Shown here in pieces: positions 53,069 to 62,925 of a DNA stretch of 64,000 nucleotides. The notes below the pieces were generated by a model, which saw nothing but the letters and a program-made list of their open reading frames with translations, made no database searches and was not told where the DNA came from. The stretch is from the sequence record SRR22947725_2265; one strand, 5' to 3'. The number at the start of each line of letters is the position of its first letter. The stretch's first letter is position 1. The translations under genes were made by a program, and so were the position numbers.

Positions 53069-53425
53069 CTACTTGTCGAGTGCTTCCTTGAGTTCTTTGA
53101 GCTGCTTGGCCGAGAGCCCGCTCGCGAAATGGCTAAATACTGCTGCCGGATTACCTGTTTGCCCAACTAGTTCAACTAGCGCTTTGGCGGTGTGCTGCTC
53201 TCGGGTTGTTGCGGCCTGAAAGATAAAGCCCCTACCAGGGCCTGCGGCCTTGGTGACGAGGTTTTTGTCCTCAAGACGCGACAGCACAGTTAATACCGTG
53301 GTGATCTTGATGCTGTCATCACCCAAGAGCGCAAGGATCTGCTGGCTCGTTAGTCCCGCTGGCCTGTCCCAGAGACAGCCAAGCACCTCTGACTCGAGTT
53401 CACCCTGCTTGCGCTTAATTGCCAT
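53069..53425 (-). CDS. BlaI/MecI/CopY family repressor
   Basis: GELE..V...LW, TTV.TVL.RL..K..V. Confidence 0.92.
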   Translation of the reverse strand: MAIKRKQGELESEVLGCLWDRPAGLTSQQILALLGDDSIKITTVLTVLSRLEDKNLVTKAAGPGRGFIFQAATTREQHTAKALVELVGQTGNPAAVFSHFASGLSAKQLKELKEALDK

Positions 53426-53432
53426 GCAGTAA

Positions 53433-53449
53433 TTCTACAGGTTGTAGAA
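53433..53449. promoter_or_regulatory. BlaI-type operator overlapping the blaI -10 box
   Basis: Perfect inverted repeat TTCTACA-N3-TGTAGAA; minus strand TAGAAT-N6-ATG. Confidence 0.8.
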
Positions 53450-53450
53450 A

Positions 53451-54770
53451 TTAGTCGCTAATAACCTGCGGGTTGGGGCTAACTCTCCAAAGCAGCAGGA
53501 TTCCGGCAACTAGAACAACCATTAGACCCAGAATTCCCCAGACCGTGGCCTCGGCGTTTGTGTAGCCAAAGGTGAGAGCTAACGAGATTGAGGCAGTCCA
53601 GAGCATTGGGCTTAGGAAGCTAACCGCGCGACCCGTGGTCATGTAGAGGCCCATTACCTCGCCATCGCGACCCTCGGGGGTGAACTTAGCGACGAAAGCC
53701 CTCGAGGCGGCCTGGGCAGGCCCAACGAAGAGCGTGAGGATTAGTCCACCGATCCAGTAGGTGATTGGTCCAAGTGATGCGAACAGGAAGACTCCAAAGC
53801 CCGCCACCGTGAGGCCAATCAGCGAGATCATGATGGTGCGCTTGCCGCCAATCTTGTCGTCGAAGAACCCACCAACCATCGCCCCAATGCCTGCGGTGAT
53901 ATTTGCGGCAATACCAAACAGAATCACCTCTGCTAGCTCAAAGCCAAAGGCGAGGGCTCCGAGGGCTCCACCAAATGCAAACACACCAGAGAGACCATCT
54001 CGATAAATCGCACTCGCGATCAGGAACTTAAGGGTCTCAGGGGCCTGCCTGTATAGGGACTTGAGCTGGGCCCAGAGCTTGAAGTAGCTCTCGACGATGT
54101 TTTCCTTGACGCGGTCCGGCTTTGCTTTTACCTCTGGAACCGTGAGGAAAAGCGGAATTGAGAAGACCAGGAACCAGATTGCGCTGAAGAGGAATACCGC
54201 CCTGACATTCAACGCGTCATCTAGGGGGATGCCAAACCAGGGAGTCTCAGTCTGCACAAACCCAACCAGAGAGATAAGTAGCAGCAAGATGCCACCGATA
54301 TAGCCAAGCCCCCAGGCAAAGCCCGAGACCTTGCCTATGTTGCTCGGTTTCGAAACTTGTTTGAGCATCGCGTAGTAGTTGATGAACGCTATCTCCTGAA
54401 CAAAACCACCGAAGGAGAAGATGATCAGACCAATCCAGAGCATCTGCGGGTTTGGCTCAATGAAGAACAGGCTTGCCATTACTCCCGAGAGGATCAGGGT
54501 GTTTATAAATAGCCAGAACTTCCTCCGACCGGCTTCGTCGCTCCTTCGCCCGAACACCGGAGCGACAATCGCAACTGCAATACCGGCGATGGTGGCAGCT
54601 AGACCCAGTGCCCTGGAGGTGTCTTCCTCGGGACCAAACGCAGCGCTTGTGATGTAGATCGGGAAGATGAAGGTGGAAAAGATGGTGGGGAAAGGCTGTT
54701 CCGCCCAGTCCCATAGTGCCCAGGCAAATGTGCCACGAGGCTTCTTAGTTTCAACAGCGTCATTGCTCAT
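53451..54770 (-). CDS. MFS transporter (UMF1/Atg22-like)
   Basis: WAL.DWA, SG..WG.GY.GG, GP.QA.SR; start estimated at ATG 54770. Confidence 0.85.
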   Translation of the reverse strand: MSNDAVETKKPRGTFAWALWDWAEQPFPTIFSTFIFPIYITSAAFGPEEDTSRALGLAATIAGIAVAIVAPVFGRRSDEAGRRKFWLFINTLILSGVMASLFFIEPNPQMLWIGLIIFSFGGFVQEIAFINYYAMLKQVSKPSNIGKVSGFAWGLGYIGGILLLLISLVGFVQTETPWFGIPLDDALNVRAVFLFSAIWFLVFSIPLFLTVPEVKAKPDRVKENIVESYFKLWAQLKSLYRQAPETLKFLIASAIYRDGLSGVFAFGGALGALAFGFELAEVILFGIAANITAGIGAMVGGFFDDKIGGKRTIMISLIGLTVAGFGVFLFASLGPITYWIGGLILTLFVGPAQAASRAFVAKFTPEGRDGEVMGLYMTTGRAVSFLSPMLWTASISLALTFGYTNAEATVWGILGLMVVLVAGILLLWRVSPNPQVISD

Positions 54771-54841
54771 GAGGTTGAGAGTAGTCCTTTTGGAGCGCAT
54801 GGTGGCCAATGAATTGGTGACGAGTCGATGAATATCTAAAA

Positions 54842-54925
54842 CTTGAGTGAACTTCGCTCAAGTTTTGGAATAAATACTTGACAATCGTGTTGACATAACT
54901 GAAACTTGAGTGCAGTTGGCTCAAG
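54842..54925. promoter_or_regulatory. Two HAIR (HspR) operators flanking a SigH-like promoter
   Basis: CTTGAGT-N7-GCTCAAG at 54842-54862 and 54905-54925; GGAAT-N17-GTT at 54867-54891. Confidence 0.9.
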
Positions 54926-54962
54926 TTGAGTCAAAAGGTTTGAACAAAGAGGAGAAACCACA

Positions 54963-56819
54963 ATGGGTAGAGCAGTAGGTATCGACCTAGGAACCACTAA
55001 CAGCGCGGTAACCGTGCTGGAGGCTGGCGAGCCGAAGGTCATTGCAAACGCAGAAGGATTCAGGACCACCCCTTCGGTGGTCGCATTCACAAAGGATGGC
55101 AACATCCTGGTTGGCGAGACCGCAAAGCGTCAGGCGGTTACCAACGTTGACCGCACCGTTAGCTCGGTGAAGCGCCACATGGGAACCGACTGGAAGTTCA
55201 AGGTCGACGAGAAGGAGTACACCCCACAGGAGATCTCCGCTCGCATCCTGATGAAGCTCAAGCGCGACGCTGAGACCTACCTAGGTGAGTCCGTCACCGA
55301 CGCAGTCATTACCGTCCCCGCCTACTTCAACGACGCCGAGCGTCAGGCAACCAAGGAGGCCGGTGAGATTGCGGGCCTAAACGTGCTGCGTATCATCAAC
55401 GAGCCAACCGCTGCAGCTCTGGCCTATGGCCTAGACAAGGGCAAGGAAGACGAGCTCATTCTGGTGTTTGACCTAGGTGGTGGAACGTTTGACGTTTCGC
55501 TATTGGAGGTTGGCAAGGACGACGAGTTCTCGACCATTCAGGTTCGTTCAACCTCCGGTGACAACCGTCTCGGTGGCGATGACTGGGACCAGCGGGTCGT
55601 TGACCACCTGGTGAAGCAGTTCAAGGAGACCTCGGGTGTAGACGTGTCTTCGGACAAGATCGCACTGCAGCGCCTCAAGGAGGCTGCCGAGCAGGCAAAG
55701 AAGGAGTTGAGCCAGTCGACCTCGACCCAGATTCAGCTCCCATACCTGTCTTTGACCGAGTCGGGACCTGCAAACCTGGACGAGACCATCACTCGTGCCC
55801 AGTTTGAGTCGCTGACCTCAGACCTACTCGAGCGCACCCGCAAGCCATTCGAGGACGTAATCAAGGAAGCCGGTGTAAAGGTCGGCGATATCGCTCACGT
55901 TGTAATGGTGGGTGGTTCGACCCGCATGCCAGCTGTAAACGAGCTAGTTACCAAGCTGCTTGGCGGCAAGGAGCCAAACAAGGGTGTGAACCCTGACGAG
56001 GTTGTCTCTGTTGGTGCAGCTCTGCAGGCAGGTGTCATCAAGGGTGAGCGTAAGGACGTGCTGCTCATTGACGTCACACCACTTTCTCTGGGTATTGAGA
56101 CCAAGGGTGGCATCATGACCAAGCTCATCGAGCGCAACACCGCTATTCCAACTAAGCGAAGCGAGACCTTCACAACGGCAGATGACAACCAGCCATCTGT
56201 TTCGATTCAGGTCTTCCAAGGTGAGCGTGAGTTCACTCGCGACAACAAGAGCCTTGGAAACTTCGAGCTAACCGGCATTGCCCCAGCACCACGTGGCATC
56301 CCACAGGTTGAGGTCACCTTTGACATCGACGCCAATGGAATCGTTCACGTTTCCGCAAAGGACAAGGGCACTGGCAAAGAGCAGTCAATGACCATCACCG
56401 GTGGTTCTTCGCTGAGCGAAGAGGACATCGAGCGCATGGTCAAGGACGCCGAGGAGCACGCCGCGGAGGACAAGACCCGTCGCGAAGAGGCAGAGACTCG
56501 CAACCAGGCCGAGCAGATGGCCTATTCAACCGAGAAGCTCATCAAGGACAACGACGACAAGCTCTCCGAGGAGATCAAGACCGAGGTTCAGGCAGACGTC
56601 GATGCCCTAAAGACGGCTTTGGCTGGCGACGACATTGAGGCAGTGAAGAGCGCTCAGGAGAAGCTGACTACCAGCTCCCAGAAGCTGGGAGAGGCAATCT
56701 ATGCCGCTCAGCCAGCCGAAGCAGAGCAGGCAGAGGCTTCTGATGAGGACGTTGTCGATGCCGAGGTTGTCGACGAGGAAGAGTCAAAGGATGACTCAGA
56801 GTCTGAGGACAAGAAGTAA
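54963..56819 (+). CDS. dnaK: Chaperone DnaK
   Basis: [25 protein letters not shown]. Confidence 0.99.
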   Translation: MGRAVGIDLGTTNSAVTVLEAGEPKVIANAEGFRTTPSVVAFTKDGNILVGETAKRQAVTNVDRTVSSVKRHMGTDWKFKVDEKEYTPQEISARILMKLKRDAETYLGESVTDAVITVPAYFNDAERQATKEAGEIAGLNVLRIINEPTAAALAYGLDKGKEDELILVFDLGGGTFDVSLLEVGKDDEFSTIQVRSTSGDNRLGGDDWDQRVVDHLVKQFKETSGVDVSSDKIALQRLKEAAEQAKKELSQSTSTQIQLPYLSLTESGPANLDETITRAQFESLTSDLLERTRKPFEDVIKEAGVKVGDIAHVVMVGGSTRMPAVNELVTKLLGGKEPNKGVNPDEVVSVGAALQAGVIKGERKDVLLIDVTPLSLGIETKGGIMTKLIERNTAIPTKRSETFTTADDNQPSVSIQVFQGEREFTRDNKSLGNFELTGIAPAPRGIPQVEVTFDIDANGIVHVSAKDKGTGKEQSMTITGGSSLSEEDIERMVKDAEEHAAEDKTRREEAETRNQAEQMAYSTEKLIKDNDDKLSEEIKTEVQADVDALKTALAGDDIEAVKSAQEKLTTSSQKLGEAIYAAQPAEAEQAEASDEDVVDAEVVDEEESKDDSESEDKK

Positions 56820-57370
56820 TGCCAGAAGAGAACCTTCCAGAGGAGCCTGCCAAGGAGCCTCAGGAGAGCGCTGAGACTGAAGAGGCTCTCGAAGAGACCG
56901 AAGCGGTCTCAGAGGAAGCCGGCGAAGAGGGCGATAAGGATGCCATCGATCGCGAGCTGGAGATCTTTCAGGACCTGCAGCGACTTCAGGCTGACTTCGT
57001 CAACTACAGGTCCAGGGTTGAAAGAGATCGGGGCGTTGAGAGGCAGCTCGCGGTTGCTGAGGCAATCAGGGCCTTCCTTCCAGCCATGGACGATCTGACC
57101 AGGGCCGAGGCTCATGGAGATCTGCAGGATGGCACGCCTATGGCCGCCATCGCGCAGAAGCTCAGGGCCGCGGGTGAGAAGTTTGGGCTGAGTGCCTTTG
57201 GAGAAAAGGGCGAAGCCTTTGACCCAGAGAAGCACGAGGCTCTGGTTCAGAATCCGAGTGAGGAAGTAACTAAGCCGGTGATTGCAGATGTCATTGAGCT
57301 TGGCTACATGGTTGGGGACAGGCTGCTTAGACCTGCGAAGGTTGCCGTCTCGGTTCCTGCGGATAAGTAA
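56819..57370 (+). CDS. grpE: Nucleotide exchange factor GrpE
   Basis: R..ADF.NYR.R, FDP..HEA, GY...DR.LRPA.V. Confidence 0.97.
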   Translation: MPEENLPEEPAKEPQESAETEEALEETEAVSEEAGEEGDKDAIDRELEIFQDLQRLQADFVNYRSRVERDRGVERQLAVAEAIRAFLPAMDDLTRAEAHGDLQDGTPMAAIAQKLRAAGEKFGLSAFGEKGEAFDPEKHEALVQNPSEEVTKPVIADVIELGYMVGDRLLRPAKVAVSVPADK

Positions 57371-57386
57371 TTAGGAGGTGTGTTAG

Positions 57387-58301
57387 ATGGCGTCACAAGA
57401 CTGGATTGAAAAGGACTTCTACAAAATCCTTGGAGTCTCCAAGGACGTCTCTGATGCAGATCTAAAGAAGGCCTACCGCAAGCTTGCGAAGGATAACCAC
57501 CCCGATCTGCATCCAGGCGATGCGGCAGCGGAGGCCAGGTTCAAGGACATCTCCGAGGCCTATGACGTGCTTTCCGATGCTGAACAGCGCAGGGAGTATG
57601 ACGCAATCAAGGCCATGGGCGGCGGCGCTCGCTTCCAGGCTGGAGGCCAGGGAGCAGGCTTTGAAGATGTCTTCAGCAACCTTTTTGGAGGAGGCGGTTT
57701 TCAGGGCGGAGGATTCCCAGGCTTTGGTGGATTCGGAGGCTTTGGCCCTCAGCGGGGTCAGGATTTGAGCACCACGGCTTCGATAAATTTCATCGACTCC
57801 GTCAACGGCACCACAGTCAAGCTCAACCTCAGAAATGAGTCGGTGAGCGTGAAGGTGCCGGCAGGAATTCAGGACGGCCAGAAGCTCAAGGTCAAGGGCA
57901 AAGGCCAACCTTCGCCCAATGGCGGCCCAGCCGGTGATCTAGTGGTGACCATCAAGGTGAAGCCGCACGCGGTCTTCACCAGAGATGGCGACAACATTAG
58001 GGTCTCGGTTCCGGTCACCTACGCCGAAGCAACTCTCGGGGCAACCATCGAGGTGCCCGTGCTGGGTGGAGATCCTGTGAAGCTGAAGGTAGCCGCAGGG
58101 ACTCCAAATGGCAGAACCCTAAGGGTCAAAGGCAAGGGTGTGCAGTTTGGCTCTCGGCAGGGTGACCTGCTGGCAACGGTTGAGGTAATGGTCCCAGGAC
58201 ACCTTCCGGCAAAGGCCAAGAAGCTTCTTGAGCAGTTTGATGCGGAGCTACCGGACGAGAATCCTCGTCAGGATTTGATTTCTAGGGCGGGAACACTTTA
58301 G
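57387..58301 (+). CDS. dnaJ: DnaJ co-chaperone lacking the zinc finger
   Basis: J domain HPD, G/F-rich linker, C-terminal domain; no CxxCxGxG. Confidence 0.93.
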   Translation: MASQDWIEKDFYKILGVSKDVSDADLKKAYRKLAKDNHPDLHPGDAAAEARFKDISEAYDVLSDAEQRREYDAIKAMGGGARFQAGGQGAGFEDVFSNLFGGGGFQGGGFPGFGGFGGFGPQRGQDLSTTASINFIDSVNGTTVKLNLRNESVSVKVPAGIQDGQKLKVKGKGQPSPNGGPAGDLVVTIKVKPHAVFTRDGDNIRVSVPVTYAEATLGATIEVPVLGGDPVKLKVAAGTPNGRTLRVKGKGVQFGSRQGDLLATVEVMVPGHLPAKAKKLLEQFDAELPDENPRQDLISRAGTL

Positions 58302-58309
58302 GAGGAGCC

Positions 58310-58720
58310 ATGGAGCTAGATGAGAACACACCACTGTTTGTGATCTCGGTAGCGGCCGAGCTCTCCGGCATGCACCCGCAGACCCTCAGGCAGTATGACC
58401 GCATGGGCCTGGTCTCTCCAACGAGAACCCAGGGACGCTCCCGCCGCTACACCATGCAGGATGTGGCGAAGCTGAGAGAGGTCGCCAAGCTAAGTGCTGA
58501 GGGAGTTTCCCTCGAGGGCATTCGCAGGGTCCTCGAACTAGTAAACGAGAACGTGAGCCTCAAGTCTCGCGTTCGTGATCTCGAGCGAGAGCTCGCAGAC
58601 CAACTCATGAGCCAACCCGGTAATCGGGTATTCGCAGCCGGAGATCAGGGTGTTATTCGCCTGAACCCGGGACAGAGGCCCGAGAAGTCGGGCTCAGTAG
58701 TTTTATGGAGGAGGCGCTAA
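58310..58720 (+). CDS. hspR: MerR family heat-shock repressor
   Basis: [25 protein letters not shown] sites upstream of the operon. Confidence 0.96.
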   Translation: MELDENTPLFVISVAAELSGMHPQTLRQYDRMGLVSPTRTQGRSRRYTMQDVAKLREVAKLSAEGVSLEGIRRVLELVNENVSLKSRVRDLERELADQLMSQPGNRVFAAGDQGVIRLNPGQRPEKSGSVVLWRRR

Positions 58721-60873
58721 TGCAACAGCAACAGCCGCAAGAACAGGTAAAAGCCCTTGAGGCGTTTGGCATTGACCTGACGGCTCAGGCCAGGGCGGGC
58801 AAGCTCGACCCAGTTATCGGAAGAGATAGCGAGATCAGGCGAGTGAGCCAGGTGCTCTCCAGGAGGACTAAGAACAACCCCGTGCTCATTGGTGAGCCTG
58901 GCGTTGGCAAGACTGCAGTTGTTGAGGGTCTAGCCCAGCGCATTGTTGCCGGAGATGTCCCGGAGAGCTTGAAGGACAAAACCCTTATTAGCCTTGACCT
59001 AAGTGCGATGGTCGCGGGTTCAAAGTTCCGTGGCGAGTTTGAAGAGCGACTGAAGGCCGTCTTGAAGGAGATTCAAGAGGCTGAGGGTGGCGTCATTACT
59101 TTCATCGATGAGCTTCACACTCTTGTTGGCGCAGGCGCAGCCGATGGCTCAATGGACGCCTCAAACATGCTCAAGCCAATGCTTGCTCGTGGTGAGCTAA
59201 GACTCATTGGGGCAACAACACTTGATGAGTACCGCGAACGAATTGAGAAGGACAGCGCTCTGGAACGCAGGTTCCAGCAGGTCTATGTGGGTGAGCCCTC
59301 GGTTGAGGACACCGTTGCTATCTTGCGCGGGCTTAAAGAGCGCTATGAGGCCCATCACAAAGTCACCATTGCCGATAGCGCTCTGGTGGCAGCCGCCGCA
59401 CTCTCCAGCCGCTATATCACAGGCCGCCAACTGCCAGATAAGGCCATCGACCTAGTCGATGAGGCCGCATCGAGGCTGCGCATGGAGATTGACTCGGCTC
59501 CCGTGGAGATCGATGAGCTTAGGCGTCAGGTGGACAGGCTCAAGCTCGAGCAGCTTGCACTCAAGAAGGAAAAGGACGAGGCCTCTAAGCAGCGACTTGA
59601 AAAACTTCAGGAGGACCTGGCTGAAAAGCAAGAGCGACTAGATGGTCTAAATCAACGCTGGGAGTCAGAGCGCAGCGAGCTTAACAAAATAGGTGAGCTC
59701 AAGACCAAGCTGGATGCTGCCAGAGTTGCTGCTGAGAAGGCTCAGCGTGAGGCAAATCTGGAGCAGGCATCCAAGCTGCTCTATGGCGAAATTCCACAAC
59801 TTGAGAAGCAGCTCCAAGACGCAGAGAGCCAAGACTCTCAGCCTCGTGAACGCATGGTCGGTGAGCAGGTCTCCGAGGACGAGATTGCGTCAGTGGTTTC
59901 GGCCTGGACTGGCATCCCGACCGGAAGGTTGCTTGCTGGCGAATCTCAGAAGCTGCTGCAGCTCGAGGCAGAGCTCGGTAAGCGACTGATTGGTCAGAAG
60001 AAGGCAGTCAAGGCGGTCAGCGATGCCGTCCGCAGATCAAAAGCCGGCATCTCAGACCCGGATCGTCCAACAGGCTCATTTATGTTCCTTGGTCCAACTG
60101 GTGTTGGAAAGACCGAGCTTGCCAAGTCTCTAGCTGAGTTTTTGTTTGATGACGAGAAGTCCATGGTGCGCATTGACATGAGCGAATATGGCGAGAAACA
60201 CAGCGTTAGCCGGCTGATCGGAGCCCCTCCGGGATACGTCGGTTATGACGAGGGTGGTCAGCTGACCGAGGCTATTAGGCGCAGGCCGTATTCGGTGGTG
60301 CTGCTGGATGAGATTGAAAAGGCCCACCCCGAGGTCTTCGACGTGCTGCTACAGGTTCTCGATGACGGCAGGCTCACTGACGGCCAAGGTCGAACCGTTG
60401 ACTTTAAAAACGTGATTCTGATTATGACTTCGAATCTAGGTTCGCAGTTCCTAATTGCAGAGGACCTAAACGACTCACAGCGACGTGAAGCTGTGATGGA
60501 GATGGTCCGCACCTCATTCAAGCCAGAGTTTCTTAACCGACTAGACGATGTTGTGATCTTCGATGCCCTGAGCAAGGAAGAGCTTGGCTCGATTGTCGAT
60601 CTGCAGGTTGAGAGATTGATGGTGAGGCTTGAGGCCAAGAGGCTAACTCTCGGAGTCACCCCAGCAGCAAGGTTGTGGCTGGCGGAGCATGGCTATGACC
60701 CCGTCTATGGGGCAAGGCCGCTTCGAAGGCTGATGCAAAGAGAGATCGACGACAAACTTGCGAATCTTCTGCTGGCTGGCGAAGTTGAGGATGGCAGTTT
60801 CGTTCGGGTTGATGTCTCTGCGGACGGCCAGGCATTGCTGGTCGAAAGCGTGAGAGAAGATGCAAGCGTCTAA
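58720..60873 (+). CDS. clpB: Disaggregase ClpB without Clp N-domain
   Basis: Two AAA+ modules ([16 protein letters not shown]) and a middle domain; GGAGGAGG RBS favours ATG 58720. Confidence 0.95.
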   Translation: MQQQQPQEQVKALEAFGIDLTAQARAGKLDPVIGRDSEIRRVSQVLSRRTKNNPVLIGEPGVGKTAVVEGLAQRIVAGDVPESLKDKTLISLDLSAMVAGSKFRGEFEERLKAVLKEIQEAEGGVITFIDELHTLVGAGAADGSMDASNMLKPMLARGELRLIGATTLDEYRERIEKDSALERRFQQVYVGEPSVEDTVAILRGLKERYEAHHKVTIADSALVAAAALSSRYITGRQLPDKAIDLVDEAASRLRMEIDSAPVEIDELRRQVDRLKLEQLALKKEKDEASKQRLEKLQEDLAEKQERLDGLNQRWESERSELNKIGELKTKLDAARVAAEKAQREANLEQASKLLYGEIPQLEKQLQDAESQDSQPRERMVGEQVSEDEIASVVSAWTGIPTGRLLAGESQKLLQLEAELGKRLIGQKKAVKAVSDAVRRSKAGISDPDRPTGSFMFLGPTGVGKTELAKSLAEFLFDDEKSMVRIDMSEYGEKHSVSRLIGAPPGYVGYDEGGQLTEAIRRRPYSVVLLDEIEKAHPEVFDVLLQVLDDGRLTDGQGRTVDFKNVILIMTSNLGSQFLIAEDLNDSQRREAVMEMVRTSFKPEFLNRLDDVVIFDALSKEELGSIVDLQVERLMVRLEAKRLTLGVTPAARLWLAEHGYDPVYGARPLRRLMQREIDDKLANLLLAGEVEDGSFVRVDVSADGQALLVESVREDASV

Positions 60874-61582
60874 GGTTTCGCAAGAGCTTAGAAAGCTCGG
60901 CGATCCTCAGATGGTGCTCACCCAGCAGTGGTTTTTCAAGACCGGTCCTGGAGAGTATGGCGAGGGGGATGAGTTTCTTGGGCTCAGAGTCCCCCAGACG
61001 CGCTCGGTTGCAAAGCAGTTCAAGGCACTTCCGCTGGAGGAAATCAGAAAGCTTGCCATGGGCAGCTTCCATGAGGAACGGTTTTGCGCACTGGCAATTC
61101 TTGTTGGCAGATACAAATCAGCTAGGTCCGAGGAGGAAAAGGACCAGCTCTTTGATTTCTACCTTGAACTACTTGATGCGGGAAGGGTAAATAATTGGGA
61201 CCTGGTTGACTGCTCAGCGCCCTACCTCGGGGCTCACCTCGTTGGCAAGGAGGATGTAGTCGCTTATTTAGTTGCGCTCGCTGACACCGGCGACCTTTGG
61301 AAGCAGCGAGTAGCCATCATGTTCAACTACGCGCTCCAGCGGCACTACGAGCTCGAGCCGACGTTCGCGATTGTTGAACATCTAATGGGGCATGAGCATG
61401 ACCTGATTCACAAGGCCTCCGGCTGGATGCTAAGAGAGGCTGGAAAGAAGGACCTAGCCGCGCTTAGGCGCTTTCTGGATGCTCACGCCGCAACAATGCC
61501 CAGAACAATGCTGAGGTATGCGATTGAGAAGATGAGCCGGGAAGAGCGCGATCACTGGCTCAGCCAGAAATCGAAGCTATAA
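60860..61582 (+). CDS. DNA alkylation repair protein (AlkD-like)
   Basis: [37 protein letters not shown]. Confidence 0.88.
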   Translation: MQASKVSQELRKLGDPQMVLTQQWFFKTGPGEYGEGDEFLGLRVPQTRSVAKQFKALPLEEIRKLAMGSFHEERFCALAILVGRYKSARSEEEKDQLFDFYLELLDAGRVNNWDLVDCSAPYLGAHLVGKEDVVAYLVALADTGDLWKQRVAIMFNYALQRHYELEPTFAIVEHLMGHEHDLIHKASGWMLREAGKKDLAALRRFLDAHAATMPRTMLRYAIEKMSREERDHWLSQKSKL

Positions 61583-62339
61583 CCGGCACGTGATCGCTGG
61601 GCCCCTCGCCCTTGCGCTCGTCTCTTTCGATACTCCCGGCTGTGATTCTTTCGGTTAGCTCGGGGGAGCTGAGAATGAAGTCGATTCGCATGCCCTCATT
61701 TCTTGGGAACCTGAGGTCTTTGTAGTCCCAATAGGTATAGCCCTCGGGGACAAACTTGCGGTGCAGGTCGGTGAAGCCAATCTGCTCAAAGACATCGAAG
61801 ACATCGCGCTCCGGCTGAGAGACGTGGGTGTCAAAAAACCCGACGTTGAAAACATCGGAATCAAGGGGTGCGATGTTGAAATCACCAACTAGGGCAATCT
61901 GGCTCGACGGGTCTTCCTCCAACTCCTCGGCAACGTGAGATCCGAGGCGCTCTAAAAACTCAAGCTTGTAGTCCATGTGCGGGTCATCAAGACCCCTGCC
62001 GTGCGGGACATAGAGGCTCCAGATCCTGATATCGCCAAATGTCGCACCCAGCGCCCTCGCCTCGAGAGAGTCCTTGAAATGCGGCTGCTGCGGAAAGGAA
62101 GTCTCGATGTCTGTTGGCTCTAGGTCTTTTTTATAGGCAAAGGCAACACCGTTCCACTGGTTTAGGCCGTGGGCGATGACCTCGTAGCCAATGGCTTCAA
62201 AGTCTGCGTAGGGGAACTGCTCGGGCTTGCACTTGATTTCCTGCATTGCCAGCACGTCTACATGGGTGCGCTCCAAGAACTGAGTTACTCGCTGAGCCCT
62301 AGCTCTGACCGAGTTGACGTTCCAGGTAGCAATTTCCAC
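61560..62339 (-). CDS. xth: Exodeoxyribonuclease III / AP endonuclease
   Basis: ATWNVNS, QE.K, GDFN, RID, SDH.P. Confidence 0.95.
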   Translation of the reverse strand: MEIATWNVNSVRARAQRVTQFLERTHVDVLAMQEIKCKPEQFPYADFEAIGYEVIAHGLNQWNGVAFAYKKDLEPTDIETSFPQQPHFKDSLEARALGATFGDIRIWSLYVPHGRGLDDPHMDYKLEFLERLGSHVAEELEEDPSSQIALVGDFNIAPLDSDVFNVGFFDTHVSQPERDVFDVFEQIGFTDLHRKFVPEGYTYWDYKDLRFPRNEGMRIDFILSSPELTERITAGSIERDERKGEGPSDHVPVIASISG

Positions 62340-62354
62340 TCCTAAACTCTAACT

Positions 62355-62912
62355 ATGAGTGGTAGCTCCCAAGACAAGACCCAGCTCGCCAAATTGGTTG
62401 CCCAGTTGGCGGTGGTGCATGGAAAGGTGACCCTTTCCTCTGGCATTGAGGCTGACTACTACGTCGACCTGCGAAGAGCCACCCTGCATCACGAGGCTGC
62501 GGTTTTGGTGGGCAAGGTGATGCTCGATCTCTTGGCGGAGGCGGGCCTAAAGCCCGATGCAGTTGGCGGCTTGACCATGGGCGCGGACCCGGTGGCGAGT
62601 GCGATGCTTCATCAGGCCAGCGCCAGGGGCTTGCAGCTGGACGCGTTTGTGGTTCGAAAAGAAGCGAAGAAGCACGGCATGGCACGCCAGGTCGAGGGGC
62701 CTGACATTGAGGGCCGTAAAGTCGTGATTCTTGAGGACACTTCCACGACCGGAGGCTCCCCTTTGACAGCTGCAAAGGCTGCCGAGGTGGCCGGGGCCGA
62801 GGTGCTTGCTGTTGCCACTGTCGTAGATCGTGATACGGGTGCTCGCGCGGCTATAGAATCAGCTGGCTATGCGTATTACTCGGCACTCTCGCTGAGTGAT
62901 TTGGGTCTTTAG
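62355..62912 (+). CDS. pyrE: Orotate phosphoribosyltransferase
   Basis: LSSG...YYVD, RKE.K.HG, EDTSTTGGS. Confidence 0.96.
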   Translation: MSGSSQDKTQLAKLVAQLAVVHGKVTLSSGIEADYYVDLRRATLHHEAAVLVGKVMLDLLAEAGLKPDAVGGLTMGADPVASAMLHQASARGLQLDAFVVRKEAKKHGMARQVEGPDIEGRKVVILEDTSTTGGSPLTAAKAAEVAGAEVLAVATVVDRDTGARAAIESAGYAYYSALSLSDLGL

Positions 62913-62925
62913 ATAAGAGGGTTTG

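Noticed and set aside
57600..57750. GGC/GGA/TTT repeats in dnaJ
   Set aside because: Ordinary G/F-rich linker coding sequence
58705..60873. clpB as a 5'-truncated pseudogene
   Set aside because: Strong RBS, coupling to hspR, and intact AAA+ and middle domains indicate a functional short form
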